This document shows, one piece after another, positions 9,419 to 17,831 of a stretch of DNA of 64,000 bases. Below the pieces are notes generated by a model, which was not told where the DNA came from, did not search any database, and was given only the letters and a program-made list of their open reading frames with translations. Where the stretch lies: contig JBMFKQ010000003.1 of the NCBI GenBank assembly GCA_049972095.1, forward strand, positions 23,613-87,612, read 5' to 3'. The position numbers were made by a program, and so were the translations under genes. Each line of letters opens with the position of its first letter. Position 1 is the stretch's first letter. This DNA is from Elusimicrobiales bacterium. Lineage in GTDB: Bacteria > Elusimicrobiota > Elusimicrobia > Elusimicrobiales > UBA9959.

Positions 9419-11542
9419 ATGAGAAAAAGGAGATTTAACAAAACCATAGAATATCCATGGAGCACAACTATTTTAGCATCTATAACGATAGTTTTTATTT
9501 CTTATCTAGTATTCTCTAACATTCTAAACAAATATCCTCCCCATATAGCTCAATTTATTTATGCTTTAAATCCAGTCTATTATCTAAAACACTTAAATTT
9601 TCCCACAGTTTTATCAAATCTCAAAGAGATTCTTTTTCTTCTTATCTTTGTTTACGCCTCTATATCAACAGGAAAGATACTTTCATATCTACACCTTTTA
9701 CCCTACCAAAATATATCCGTTATCTATCTTTTAGGCATTTTTATAAATTCATTTATTGTGGTTGTAACTGGATTTTTAGGATACATCTCAAAGGATCTTT
9801 ATATCTTTATCATCTTCTGTGAATCTGCAGCAGGAATCTACCTCATTTTAAAAAGGGAATTTAAATTTGATATTTCATTTAAAAGCGACTTCAAAGATAA
9901 TAAAATGCTTTTCATTGCTTCTTTTTTTGTGCTTATGATGAGTTTTGTTGCAGCACTATCACCGGAGATTTTCTATGATAGCCTCAACTATCATCTTGCA
10001 GCTCCAAACTGGTGGATTATAGAAAAAAAGATAGTTGATATGCCATCACATATGTATTATAAACTACCTCTATCTCACTCGCTTATTTATGCATTTTCAC
10101 TCTCTGTTTTCGGAGAACAAAATCCTCCTCTTGTAAATTTCATAACTCTTTTCTTCTTTGCCTTGTTTATAGCATATGGCTTTAGGGATTTCATATCTCC
10201 AAAAACCTCTCTCAATGCTGGCTTTATATTCATCTCAATATTTCATGTTTTTATAAGCTCTCAATCTGCAACAGGAGATATACTACCATCATTTGCAGGC
10301 GTAGTATGTCTAAGGATGTTGATTGACGGAGTATCATCTGGTAAAACTAAATTTATTTTCTGGGCTGGTGTATCTTGTGGTTTTGCTTTTTCATCAAAAT
10401 ATAACACTGCTTTTGCAACACTTCCATTTTTTCTTCTCTACCTTTATTTGAGGTTAAAACAAAAGACAAATTTGAAAATGCTTTTCAGAGAAATCTTTGT
10501 TTTTGCAGCTGGCTTTCTCATCTTTTCAGCACCCTGGATGATAAAAAACTTTATAAAATACTCAAATCCACTATTTCCATTTGCACATCCATTATTCTCT
10601 CGCTCAACCCCACCAGATGAACTTCAAAGGATAAAAGGATTTATAAATGAAGCTAGACAATTTGAAGAAATAAACTTTAAAGATTGGCTTACACTTCCTT
10701 TTGATATATCCTGTGGTAAGATAGCCAATTCAGAGTTATTCCTTCCCCTTTTTATAATTATACTTCCACTTGGCTTTTTTAACAGGAATAAAAATCTATT
10801 TATAAGATATCTCTGGGCATGTTTTTGGGCATCATACTTAATCTGGTCACTATCAACAACTTATATAAGACATTTTTTACCATCGCTTTTCATCATCTCG
10901 GTTATAAGCGCTTATTACATAACCCAAGCCTTTGAAGGTTATCTTAAACAGATTATAAAAATGGCATATATATTCACAATGTTTTTAAATACCGTTTATC
11001 TTACTAACTATTTCACTCTTGAAAGAAGGTTTGAGCCAGTCTTTGGTTTTATCACAAAAGATGAGTTTCTATCAAAAAGCAGAATAAGATATCCATATCC
11101 ATCGTATTCAATCTACAAATATATTAATGAAAACCTTCCACATGATTCAAAAATACTCATATTTGGTGATTCAAGAGCTTTTTATCTCAAACTTCCATAT
11201 CAAATTGCCTCAGTCTTTGACAAACACCCGCTTATAGAAATTACAGAGAGTTCTAAAGATGAAGATGAGATTTATGAACGGCTTAAAAAAGTAGGTATAA
11301 CCCATATATTTCTTAATTTAGCCGAAGGATATAGAATCAAAACATATGGGAATCATTATTTTGATAAAAAAGATTTTGAAAAATTTGACCGTTTCTTTAA
11401 AAAACACCTTATAGTTGAAAATGAGATAGAGGAAAAGAAGAATAATCAGATATCTCAAAAATTAATCCTTTATATGATTGTTGAAAGGAATATGACAAGC
11501 TCATTCAACTACTTTAACTATTTTGTAAAGCCGGATGTATAA
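9419..11542 (+). CDS. Large polytopic membrane protein, probable GT-C-fold (PMT/ArnT-like) glycosyltransferase
   Basis: Many TM segments, YDSLNYHL luminal motif, SSKY and NPLFPF motifs, soluble C-terminal domain. Confidence 0.55.
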   Translation: MRKRRFNKTIEYPWSTTILASITIVFISYLVFSNILNKYPPHIAQFIYALNPVYYLKHLNFPTVLSNLKEILFLLIFVYASISTGKILSYLHLLPYQNISVIYLLGIFINSFIVVVTGFLGYISKDLYIFIIFCESAAGIYLILKREFKFDISFKSDFKDNKMLFIASFFVLMMSFVAALSPEIFYDSLNYHLAAPNWWIIEKKIVDMPSHMYYKLPLSHSLIYAFSLSVFGEQNPPLVNFITLFFFALFIAYGFRDFISPKTSLNAGFIFISIFHVFISSQSATGDILPSFAGVVCLRMLIDGVSSGKTKFIFWAGVSCGFAFSSKYNTAFATLPFFLLYLYLRLKQKTNLKMLFREIFVFAAGFLIFSAPWMIKNFIKYSNPLFPFAHPLFSRSTPPDELQRIKGFINEARQFEEINFKDWLTLPFDISCGKIANSELFLPLFIIILPLGFFNRNKNLFIRYLWACFWASYLIWSLSTTYIRHFLPSLFIISVISAYYITQAFEGYLKQIIKMAYIFTMFLNTVYLTNYFTLERRFEPVFGFITKDEFLSKSRIRYPYPSYSIYKYINENLPHDSKILIFGDSRAFYLKLPYQIASVFDKHPLIEITESSKDEDEIYERLKKVGITHIFLNLAEGYRIKTYGNHYFDKKDFEKFDRFFKKHLIVENEIEEKKNNQISQKLILYMIVERNMTSSFNYFNYFVKPDV

Positions 11543-11693
11543 AATCAATCTTGAGACTAAAGAAATTTCACATCTATAGTTCATCATTCAAAGCTTAAAA
11601 TTTATAATTTAAAATCGTCTCACCTCTCACATTTCACATCTTAGGTTTATATATATTGGCTAAAAATAAATAACTTTGATAAAATGTTTAAGT

Positions 11694-13115
11694 ATGGATA
11701 ACATTTTTAATATCTCACCAATTGATGGAAGATATGCGTCAAAAACTCAAAAGCTTAAGCCTTTATTTTCTGAATCAGCGCTCATAAATCTCCGCATACA
11801 AGTTGAATGCGAATATTTTATATTTTTAACAGATTTTCTCTTTAAAAAACATAAGATTAACAAAAGGCTTTCAAAATCACAAAAAGAGTTTTTAAGAAGT
11901 ATTTACAAGAAAATTGAAGAAAATGCGAAATATGTAAAGAAGATAGAAACTGAAGGAGACGGCATAGTAGGCCCAACAAATCATGATGTAAAGGCAGTGG
12001 AATATTATTTAAGAAAAATCTTTGAAGATAAAATACCTTTAAATACTCAACTTATTCATTTTGGACTAACATCAGAGGATGTGAATAATATTGCTTATTC
12101 TTTAATGATTAATGACTTTATAAAAAACGAATATATAGATCAACTTGAAAAGATACTTTTAAAACTCAACGATTTTGCATCAAGATACAGTAAATCAATT
12201 TTTCCTGCTAGAACTCATGGGCAAATAGCATCACCTACAACATTTGGTAAAGAGATGAAAAATTTTGCTCAAAGAATAGAGAGAAAAATTCAGAGGATAA
12301 AAAGACATAAACTGCTTATAAAACTAAATGGGGCTGTTGGGAATTATAATGCTTTTTGTGCTGCTTATCCGGATATTGACTGGATAGATTTTACATGCAG
12401 GTTTGTGGATTTTATCAATAATAGATTTTCAACCTCTTTTCTTCCAAATCTTCACACAACACAGATAGAACCACATGATTCATGGGTTGAACTATTTATG
12501 GAGATTAAGCATATAAATAGCATACTTATAGGATTGTGTCAGGATATATGGAGATATATAAGCGATGATCTTATTGTGCTAAGGAAGATTGAATATGAGG
12601 TTGGATCAACAACCATGCCCCATAAAGTAAATCCTATAGATTTTGAAAATGCAGAAGGAAATCTTCAAATAGCAAACACACTACTATGCTTTCTATCAGA
12701 AAAACTTCCAATTTCAAGGATGCAAAGAGATCTTACAGATTCGACAGTAGAAAGAAACATCGGTGTGGCTTTTGCTCATACATATCTCGCCTTTGATTCT
12801 ATTCTGAAAGGACTTTTAAAATTAGAGCTTGATGAAAAAAGGGCATATGAGGTTGTAAAAAATTCTCCTCAGATATATGCTGAGGCAATACAGACTATCC
12901 TTAGAAAATACGGAATTAAAAACGCTTATGAAATGCTTAAAGATTTTTCAAGGGGCAGAAAAATAACTCGCAAAAAACTTTATGATTACATTAATAAACT
13001 AAAAGTTAATTCACGGATAAAAAAGGAATTATATGAAGTTATATCAAAACCATACACAGGCCTTGCAAGTAGACTTGCCATAATGAAAACTAATAGATGG
13101 AGGAAGGATGGTTGA
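11694..13115 (+). CDS. purB: Adenylosuccinate lyase (E. coli-like type)
   Basis: SPIDGRY, TNHDVKAVEY, ARTHGQ, GSTTMPHKVNPIDFENAEGNL; ATG 11694 preferred over TTG 11676. Confidence 0.96.
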   Translation: MDNIFNISPIDGRYASKTQKLKPLFSESALINLRIQVECEYFIFLTDFLFKKHKINKRLSKSQKEFLRSIYKKIEENAKYVKKIETEGDGIVGPTNHDVKAVEYYLRKIFEDKIPLNTQLIHFGLTSEDVNNIAYSLMINDFIKNEYIDQLEKILLKLNDFASRYSKSIFPARTHGQIASPTTFGKEMKNFAQRIERKIQRIKRHKLLIKLNGAVGNYNAFCAAYPDIDWIDFTCRFVDFINNRFSTSFLPNLHTTQIEPHDSWVELFMEIKHINSILIGLCQDIWRYISDDLIVLRKIEYEVGSTTMPHKVNPIDFENAEGNLQIANTLLCFLSEKLPISRMQRDLTDSTVERNIGVAFAHTYLAFDSILKGLLKLELDEKRAYEVVKNSPQIYAEAIQTILRKYGIKNAYEMLKDFSRGRKITRKKLYDYINKLKVNSRIKKELYEVISKPYTGLASRLAIMKTNRWRKDG

Positions 13116-14124
13116 TGTAATTGTTGGGGGACAAGGTGGTGATGAGGGAAAGGGGAAGATTGCGGCTTATCTTGCAATAAAAGATGGATACCACTACTGT
13201 GTTAAGGTTGGTGGGCCAAATGCGGGGCATACTGTTTTTGTAAAAGGTAAACCTGTGGCACTCAGGAGCATTCCTGCAGGATTTGTAAATCCAAAAACAA
13301 AGCTTGTTCTTCCGGCTGGTTCATACATAATAATTGACTGGCTTTTAAGAGAAATAGAAGAAACTGGTGTAAGCCAGAGATTGATAATAGATCCACATTG
13401 TGTTGTCATAACAAAAGAACAACAAAACGAGGAAAAGACAAATCAGCATCTTATGGGAAATATAGGAAGTGTTGGAACAGGACTTGGTATAGCGATAAGA
13501 GATAGAGTGGAGAGAAAAAATATTAAGTTTGCAAAGGACTGTTCGGAGATAAAAAAGTATATAAAACCTGTTTCAGAGATGCTTGTAAATGAAATAGAAA
13601 AAGGAAAAAAAGTTCTAATAGAAGGAACTCAAGGCATCAAACTTTCACTTTTTCATGGAGAATATCCTTTTACAACATCACGAGATACAACAGCATCAAC
13701 ATTTCTTGCAGAAACAGGATTGGGACCAAGGTATGTAAAAGATGTATATCTTGTGATAAAACCATATGTTTCAAGGGTGGGGCCGGGTCCGCTTAAAAAG
13801 GAAATAACAGATCCACAACTCCTTAGAAAATATCATACAGATGGCAGAGAGGTTGCGAGTGTAAGTAAAAGGCTTAGAAGAATAGGAGAGTTTGAGTTTG
13901 AGACAGTAAAAAAAGCCATAATTATAAACTCTGCAACAAAGATTGCAATAACACATTTTGATCTGATATATAACAAGGAATTCACCAAGCTTTCTGAAAT
14001 AAAAGGTAAAAAAGCCGCAAAATTTTTGAAAGTTTTGACAAAACTCACACAGATATATCCTTATCCTCAAATAAGTCTTATATCAATTGGTCCTAACACT
14101 GAAGATGTGATAGATTTAAGATGA
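13108..14124 (+). CDS. purA: Adenylosuccinate synthetase, short archaeal-like form (338 aa)
   Basis: GGQGGDEGKGK P-loop, GPNAGHT, EGTQG, YPFTTS, RVGPGP; overlaps purB. Confidence 0.88.
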   Translation: MVDVIVGGQGGDEGKGKIAAYLAIKDGYHYCVKVGGPNAGHTVFVKGKPVALRSIPAGFVNPKTKLVLPAGSYIIIDWLLREIEETGVSQRLIIDPHCVVITKEQQNEEKTNQHLMGNIGSVGTGLGIAIRDRVERKNIKFAKDCSEIKKYIKPVSEMLVNEIEKGKKVLIEGTQGIKLSLFHGEYPFTTSRDTTASTFLAETGLGPRYVKDVYLVIKPYVSRVGPGPLKKEITDPQLLRKYHTDGREVASVSKRLRRIGEFEFETVKKAIIINSATKIAITHFDLIYNKEFTKLSEIKGKKAAKFLKVLTKLTQIYPYPQISLISIGPNTEDVIDLR

Positions 14125-14882
14125 AGATATTTGTCTGTCTTAAACCTGTTGTAAATGAAGATAGTATAAAAATAGATTCAAATGGAAATATTATAAGGGA
14201 ATCTTTAACACTAACAGTCAATAAATCTGATGATTATGCAATTGAAAACGCAGTCATTTTAAAAAAACAATTCAACCTTGAGCTAATAGCCATAACTATG
14301 GGTCCACAAAATTCAATAGATGTATTGAGATACGCAATATCAAGAGGGTGTGATAGGGCTTTTCTTATATCTGATCCAAAACTAAAAGGATCTGATTGTC
14401 TTATAACATCAAAGGTTCTCTCATCAGCAATAAAAAAAATTCTAGGCTGTGAAATTGACTATGCAGTTTTTTGTGGAGTATCATCTGATGATGCTCACAC
14501 ATCTATGATTCCAGCTCAGATTTCTTATTTTCTTAATATACCATTTGTATATCAAGCAATTGAATGTAAATTCTCATATTCAAAACTTGTAGTCTTGACA
14601 TCTGATGCAAAAATCACAGTTTCACCACCAGCTGTTATATCTTTTGATATCTCAAACATAATTAAGCTCTCAATAGCACCGTTAAATCTTAGGATAAAAG
14701 CTAAGACCTATAATCCATCAATAATCACAACACAGGATATCGGTCTTGAAATATCAGCAAAGTGTAGTCCAACGAAAGTTGACTCAACATTTGTGAAGGA
14801 TATCAATTTGAAGGCCACTGAAATTCTTGATATGAAAAAAGAAGAGGACATTTACAAGATCAAAAAGATTATATATGAATAA
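14121..14882 (+). CDS. etfB: Electron transfer flavoprotein beta subunit (divergent)
   Basis: MKIFVCLKPV N-terminus, TMGP, GCDRAFLISD..GSD, SPTKV. Confidence 0.88.
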   Translation: MKIFVCLKPVVNEDSIKIDSNGNIIRESLTLTVNKSDDYAIENAVILKKQFNLELIAITMGPQNSIDVLRYAISRGCDRAFLISDPKLKGSDCLITSKVLSSAIKKILGCEIDYAVFCGVSSDDAHTSMIPAQISYFLNIPFVYQAIECKFSYSKLVVLTSDAKITVSPPAVISFDISNIIKLSIAPLNLRIKAKTYNPSIITTQDIGLEISAKCSPTKVDSTFVKDINLKATEILDMKKEEDIYKIKKIIYE

Positions 14883-15744
14883 AGTTATTCTCATATCAGA
14901 TCTCCCATCAAAAATAAAAGCTATTCATTCAAAGATAGCTAACTATTTTAAAGATGCACATTTTTCTTATCTTTTAATCTCGGAAACCCCATCTTTTGTT
15001 TCAATTGAAGATTCGTTCTTTATAAAGTCATCATATCCACTAAGATTAAAAATTGATGATATAGCTTCTTTTATAAAATCATTAAATCCAGATTTTATAT
15101 TCAGCTCATCAGATATAAAACTCAAATCCTTTTTATCAATACTTGCAGCTGCGCTTGATACAGGCATGCTTTCGGATATATCAGAGATAACTGTTGAGGA
15201 CGGAAAGATATTCTTTTTAAAGCCTTATTTCAAAAATCTAACAGTAAAACTTTCCTCATCAAAAAAACCTATCCTTGTAAGCCTTAAAAGTTTATCTTTA
15301 GAAGATGATGATTTTAAATATACTCCAAAAGAGTTAAGCATCAAAAATTACTTTTCAATGAATATTGAAAAATGTAAGGCTGACGAATATATTGATATTG
15401 AAAAAGCAAAAAAGGTAATTGGTATAGGAAGGGGGGTGAGAAAAGAGGATATTGATCTTATTAAAATCTTTGCTCAAAAAATAAATGCAGTTATAGGATA
15501 TACAAGACCTGTAAGAGAGGAGCTTGGTATATCTATTGAGTATCAAATAGGAATAAGTGGCAGATGTATAGCAGCTGACCTATACATAGCAGTTGGTATA
15601 TCAGGTAAAGAATATCATATGGAGGGAGTAAAAAAAGTAAAAAAGATAATAGCAGTGAATACTGACATAAATGCTCCAATAAAAAGATTTGCAGATTACT
15701 TTATAAACTCAGACTATCGAATTTTCATAGAAAAACTAATATAA
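14875..15744 (+). CDS. etfA: Electron transfer flavoprotein alpha subunit (divergent)
   Basis: GIGRG, QIGISG, LYIAVGISG, IIAVNTDINAPI C-terminal FAD domain; follows etfB. Confidence 0.88.
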   Translation: MNKVILISDLPSKIKAIHSKIANYFKDAHFSYLLISETPSFVSIEDSFFIKSSYPLRLKIDDIASFIKSLNPDFIFSSSDIKLKSFLSILAAALDTGMLSDISEITVEDGKIFFLKPYFKNLTVKLSSSKKPILVSLKSLSLEDDDFKYTPKELSIKNYFSMNIEKCKADEYIDIEKAKKVIGIGRGVRKEDIDLIKIFAQKINAVIGYTRPVREELGISIEYQIGISGRCIAADLYIAVGISGKEYHMEGVKKVKKIIAVNTDINAPIKRFADYFINSDYRIFIEKLI

Positions 15745-15777
15745 GATAATATCTAAAATATCTACAATTAGAAAGCA

Positions 15778-15806
15778 TTGTAAAGTTTAAACTAATTTAA
15801 TAAAAT
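15778..15806 (+). promoter_or_regulatory. Sigma70-type promoter for malic enzyme
   Basis: TTGTAA (15778-83), 17-nt spacer, TAAAAT (15801-06); SD AGGAGG before ATG 15848. Confidence 0.55.
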
Positions 15807-15847
15807 CAAATTAGAGAACTAAATTCAATCTTTTTAGGAGGGAAAAA

Positions 15848-17212
15848 ATGGCAAAAAGGCTTGTTAATAGCAAAAAAGGAAAAAGACTAACAAAAGAGGA
15901 ACTTATAAAAAAAGCACAAAAACCTCAAGAATATGCGCTAAATATGCATCCTTTCTATAAAGGAAAAATAGAAACAGGGCTCAAAGCTTGTGTAAGAAAC
16001 TATGATGATTTTGCTATATGGTATACCCCTGGTGTTGCTGCTCCATGCAAAGATATACACAAAAATCCAGAAAAAGTTTTTGAACATACTAATAAGGGAA
16101 ATACAGTTGCAGTAGTTAGTGATGGAACAAGGATACTTGGTCTTGGAAATATAGGACCAGAGGCTGGCCTACCTGTTATGGAAGGGAAGGCAATGCTGTT
16201 TAAGTATCTTGGTGGTGTTGATGCAGTTCCAATATGTCTTAAAACAACAGATGCCAATGAGATAATAAAAACTGTAATATACCTTGAGCCATCTTTTGGA
16301 GGAATAAATCTTGAGGATATTGAACAGCCAAAATGTTTTTATATACTTGATGAGCTTAGAAAAAGGATGAACATACCTGTATGGCATGATGATCAGCAGG
16401 GAACAGCAACGGTTTGCCTTGCAGGATTAATCAACGCCTTAAAGATAGTTGGCAAAAAAATATCAGATGTTAAGATAGTTCTTCTTGGAGCGGGTGCTGC
16501 AAATATAAGAATAGGTTGGCTTTATATAAAATATGGTGCAAAACCAGGAAATCTTATATATGTTGACTCTAAAGGGATCCTTCATAAAGGAAGAACTGAG
16601 CTTCAAAGCCATAAAGAGAAGTGGGAGATGTGTCAAATAACTAATGAAAAACAGATAACCGGAGATCTTGCACAAGCACTTGTTGGTGCTGATGTATTAA
16701 GTGCTGCATCAACACCTGGACCTGATATTGTGAAAAAAGAATGGGTTGCAAGGATGAATAAGGATGCTATAGTTTTTGTCACTGCAAATCCAATCCCTGA
16801 GATGTGGCCCTGGGATGCAAAAGAAGCAGGCGCGAGGATAGTTGCAACTGGAAGGAGTGATTTTGCAAATCAGATTAACAATTCCCTTGGATTTCCAGGG
16901 ATATTTAGAGGAGCTCTTGATGTAAGAGCAAAAACAATAACAGATGAGATGTGTATAGCAGCAGCCGAGGCACTTGCTAGATATGCGGAGAAAAAAGGCT
17001 TATCTGAAGAATATATAATACCAGCAATGGATGAGCCTCAAGTTTATATAGAGGAGGCAGTTGCTGTTGCAAAAATGGCGATTAGACAAGGAATAGCAAG
17101 AATAAAACTTAATGAATCAGATCTTAGAAAATCAGCAGAAGAAAAAATTACGAGAGCCATAAAAGATACAAACCTACGAATGAAATATGGAATCATAAAA
17201 AAGTATAGATGA
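15848..17212 (+). CDS. NAD(P)-dependent malic enzyme (short, no PTA domain)
   Basis: YTPGVA, DGTRILGLG, PVMEGK, INLEDI, HDDQQGT, GAGAA, ATGRSD. Confidence 0.95.
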   Translation: MAKRLVNSKKGKRLTKEELIKKAQKPQEYALNMHPFYKGKIETGLKACVRNYDDFAIWYTPGVAAPCKDIHKNPEKVFEHTNKGNTVAVVSDGTRILGLGNIGPEAGLPVMEGKAMLFKYLGGVDAVPICLKTTDANEIIKTVIYLEPSFGGINLEDIEQPKCFYILDELRKRMNIPVWHDDQQGTATVCLAGLINALKIVGKKISDVKIVLLGAGAANIRIGWLYIKYGAKPGNLIYVDSKGILHKGRTELQSHKEKWEMCQITNEKQITGDLAQALVGADVLSAASTPGPDIVKKEWVARMNKDAIVFVTANPIPEMWPWDAKEAGARIVATGRSDFANQINNSLGFPGIFRGALDVRAKTITDEMCIAAAEALARYAEKKGLSEEYIIPAMDEPQVYIEEAVAVAKMAIRQGIARIKLNESDLRKSAEEKITRAIKDTNLRMKYGIIKKYR

Positions 17213-17217
17213 AAAAT

Positions 17218-17226
17218 TGATATAAT
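17218..17226 (+). promoter_or_regulatory. Extended -10 promoter for tRNA-greA
   Basis: TGaTATAAT 10 nt upstream of the tRNA 5' end. Confidence 0.65.
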
Positions 17227-17236
17227 GTATTTATTA

Positions 17237-17309
17237 GGCACCGTAGCTCAGGGGTAAGAGCGGGCGTTTCATAAGCGCTAGGTCGGAGGTTCGATTCCTC
17301 CCGGTGCCA
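17237..17309 (+). tRNA. tRNA with CAT anticodon (elongator Met most likely; Ile2 not excluded); CCA not encoded
   Basis: Acceptor stem GGCACCG/CGGTGCC, D stem GCTC/GAGC, anticodon loop TTCATAA (CAT at 17270-72), T arm GGAGG-TTCGATT-CCTCC, discriminator A followed by TTA. Confidence 0.95.
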
Positions 17310-17337
17310 TTAGATTAAGAGTTTTTTAAAAAAAAAG

Positions 17338-17805
17338 ATGGAAGATATAATTCTCACAGAGGAAGGTTTAAGGAAAATAAGAGAAGAGCTTCAAAAGCTT
17401 TATAAAGAAAGAGATGAGATAAACAAAGAGATTGAAGATGCAAGAGAGCAGGGTGATTTGACGGAGAACGCGGGATATCAATATGCAAAAGAAAAACAGG
17501 GAATTATCTTCAGGAGAATAACAGAGCTTGAAACTTTGATCAAAAATGCAAAGGTAGTAGATAAATCAAATATAAGCAAGGATGAAGTTAGAATAGGGGC
17601 AAAGATAGAGGTTTTAAATATTGAAACATCTCAAAAATTTTTTTATCAGATAGTATCTATAGCTGAAAGCAATCCACTTGAGGGGAAGATATCTGTAAGC
17701 TCTCCACTGGGTGAAGGGCTTCTTGGAGCAAAAGTTGGAGAAGAAAGAATCATCAATCTTCCATCGGGAAATAAAAGGTTAAGGGTAATATCTATAGAAT
17801 ATTAA
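17338..17805 (+). CDS. greA: Transcription elongation factor GreA
   Basis: LTEEG, AREQGDLTENAGY, KISVSSPLG. Confidence 0.97.
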   Translation: MEDIILTEEGLRKIREELQKLYKERDEINKEIEDAREQGDLTENAGYQYAKEKQGIIFRRITELETLIKNAKVVDKSNISKDEVRIGAKIEVLNIETSQKFFYQIVSIAESNPLEGKISVSSPLGEGLLGAKVGEERIINLPSGNKRLRVISIEY

Positions 17806-17831
17806 TAGGATTCTAACAAGGGAGGTTTTTT

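Noticed and set aside
12603..12626. PurB signature GSTTMPHK instead of GSSTMPHK as a sign of inactivation
   Set aside because: The first (catalytic) Ser and the Lys are intact, and the change is conservative.
13108..14124. PurZ (2-aminoadenine Z-genome enzyme)
   Set aside because: It retains the Asp of GDEGKG and the Arg and Gly of the C-terminal loop, has no phage, dATPase or MazG context, and is paired with purB.
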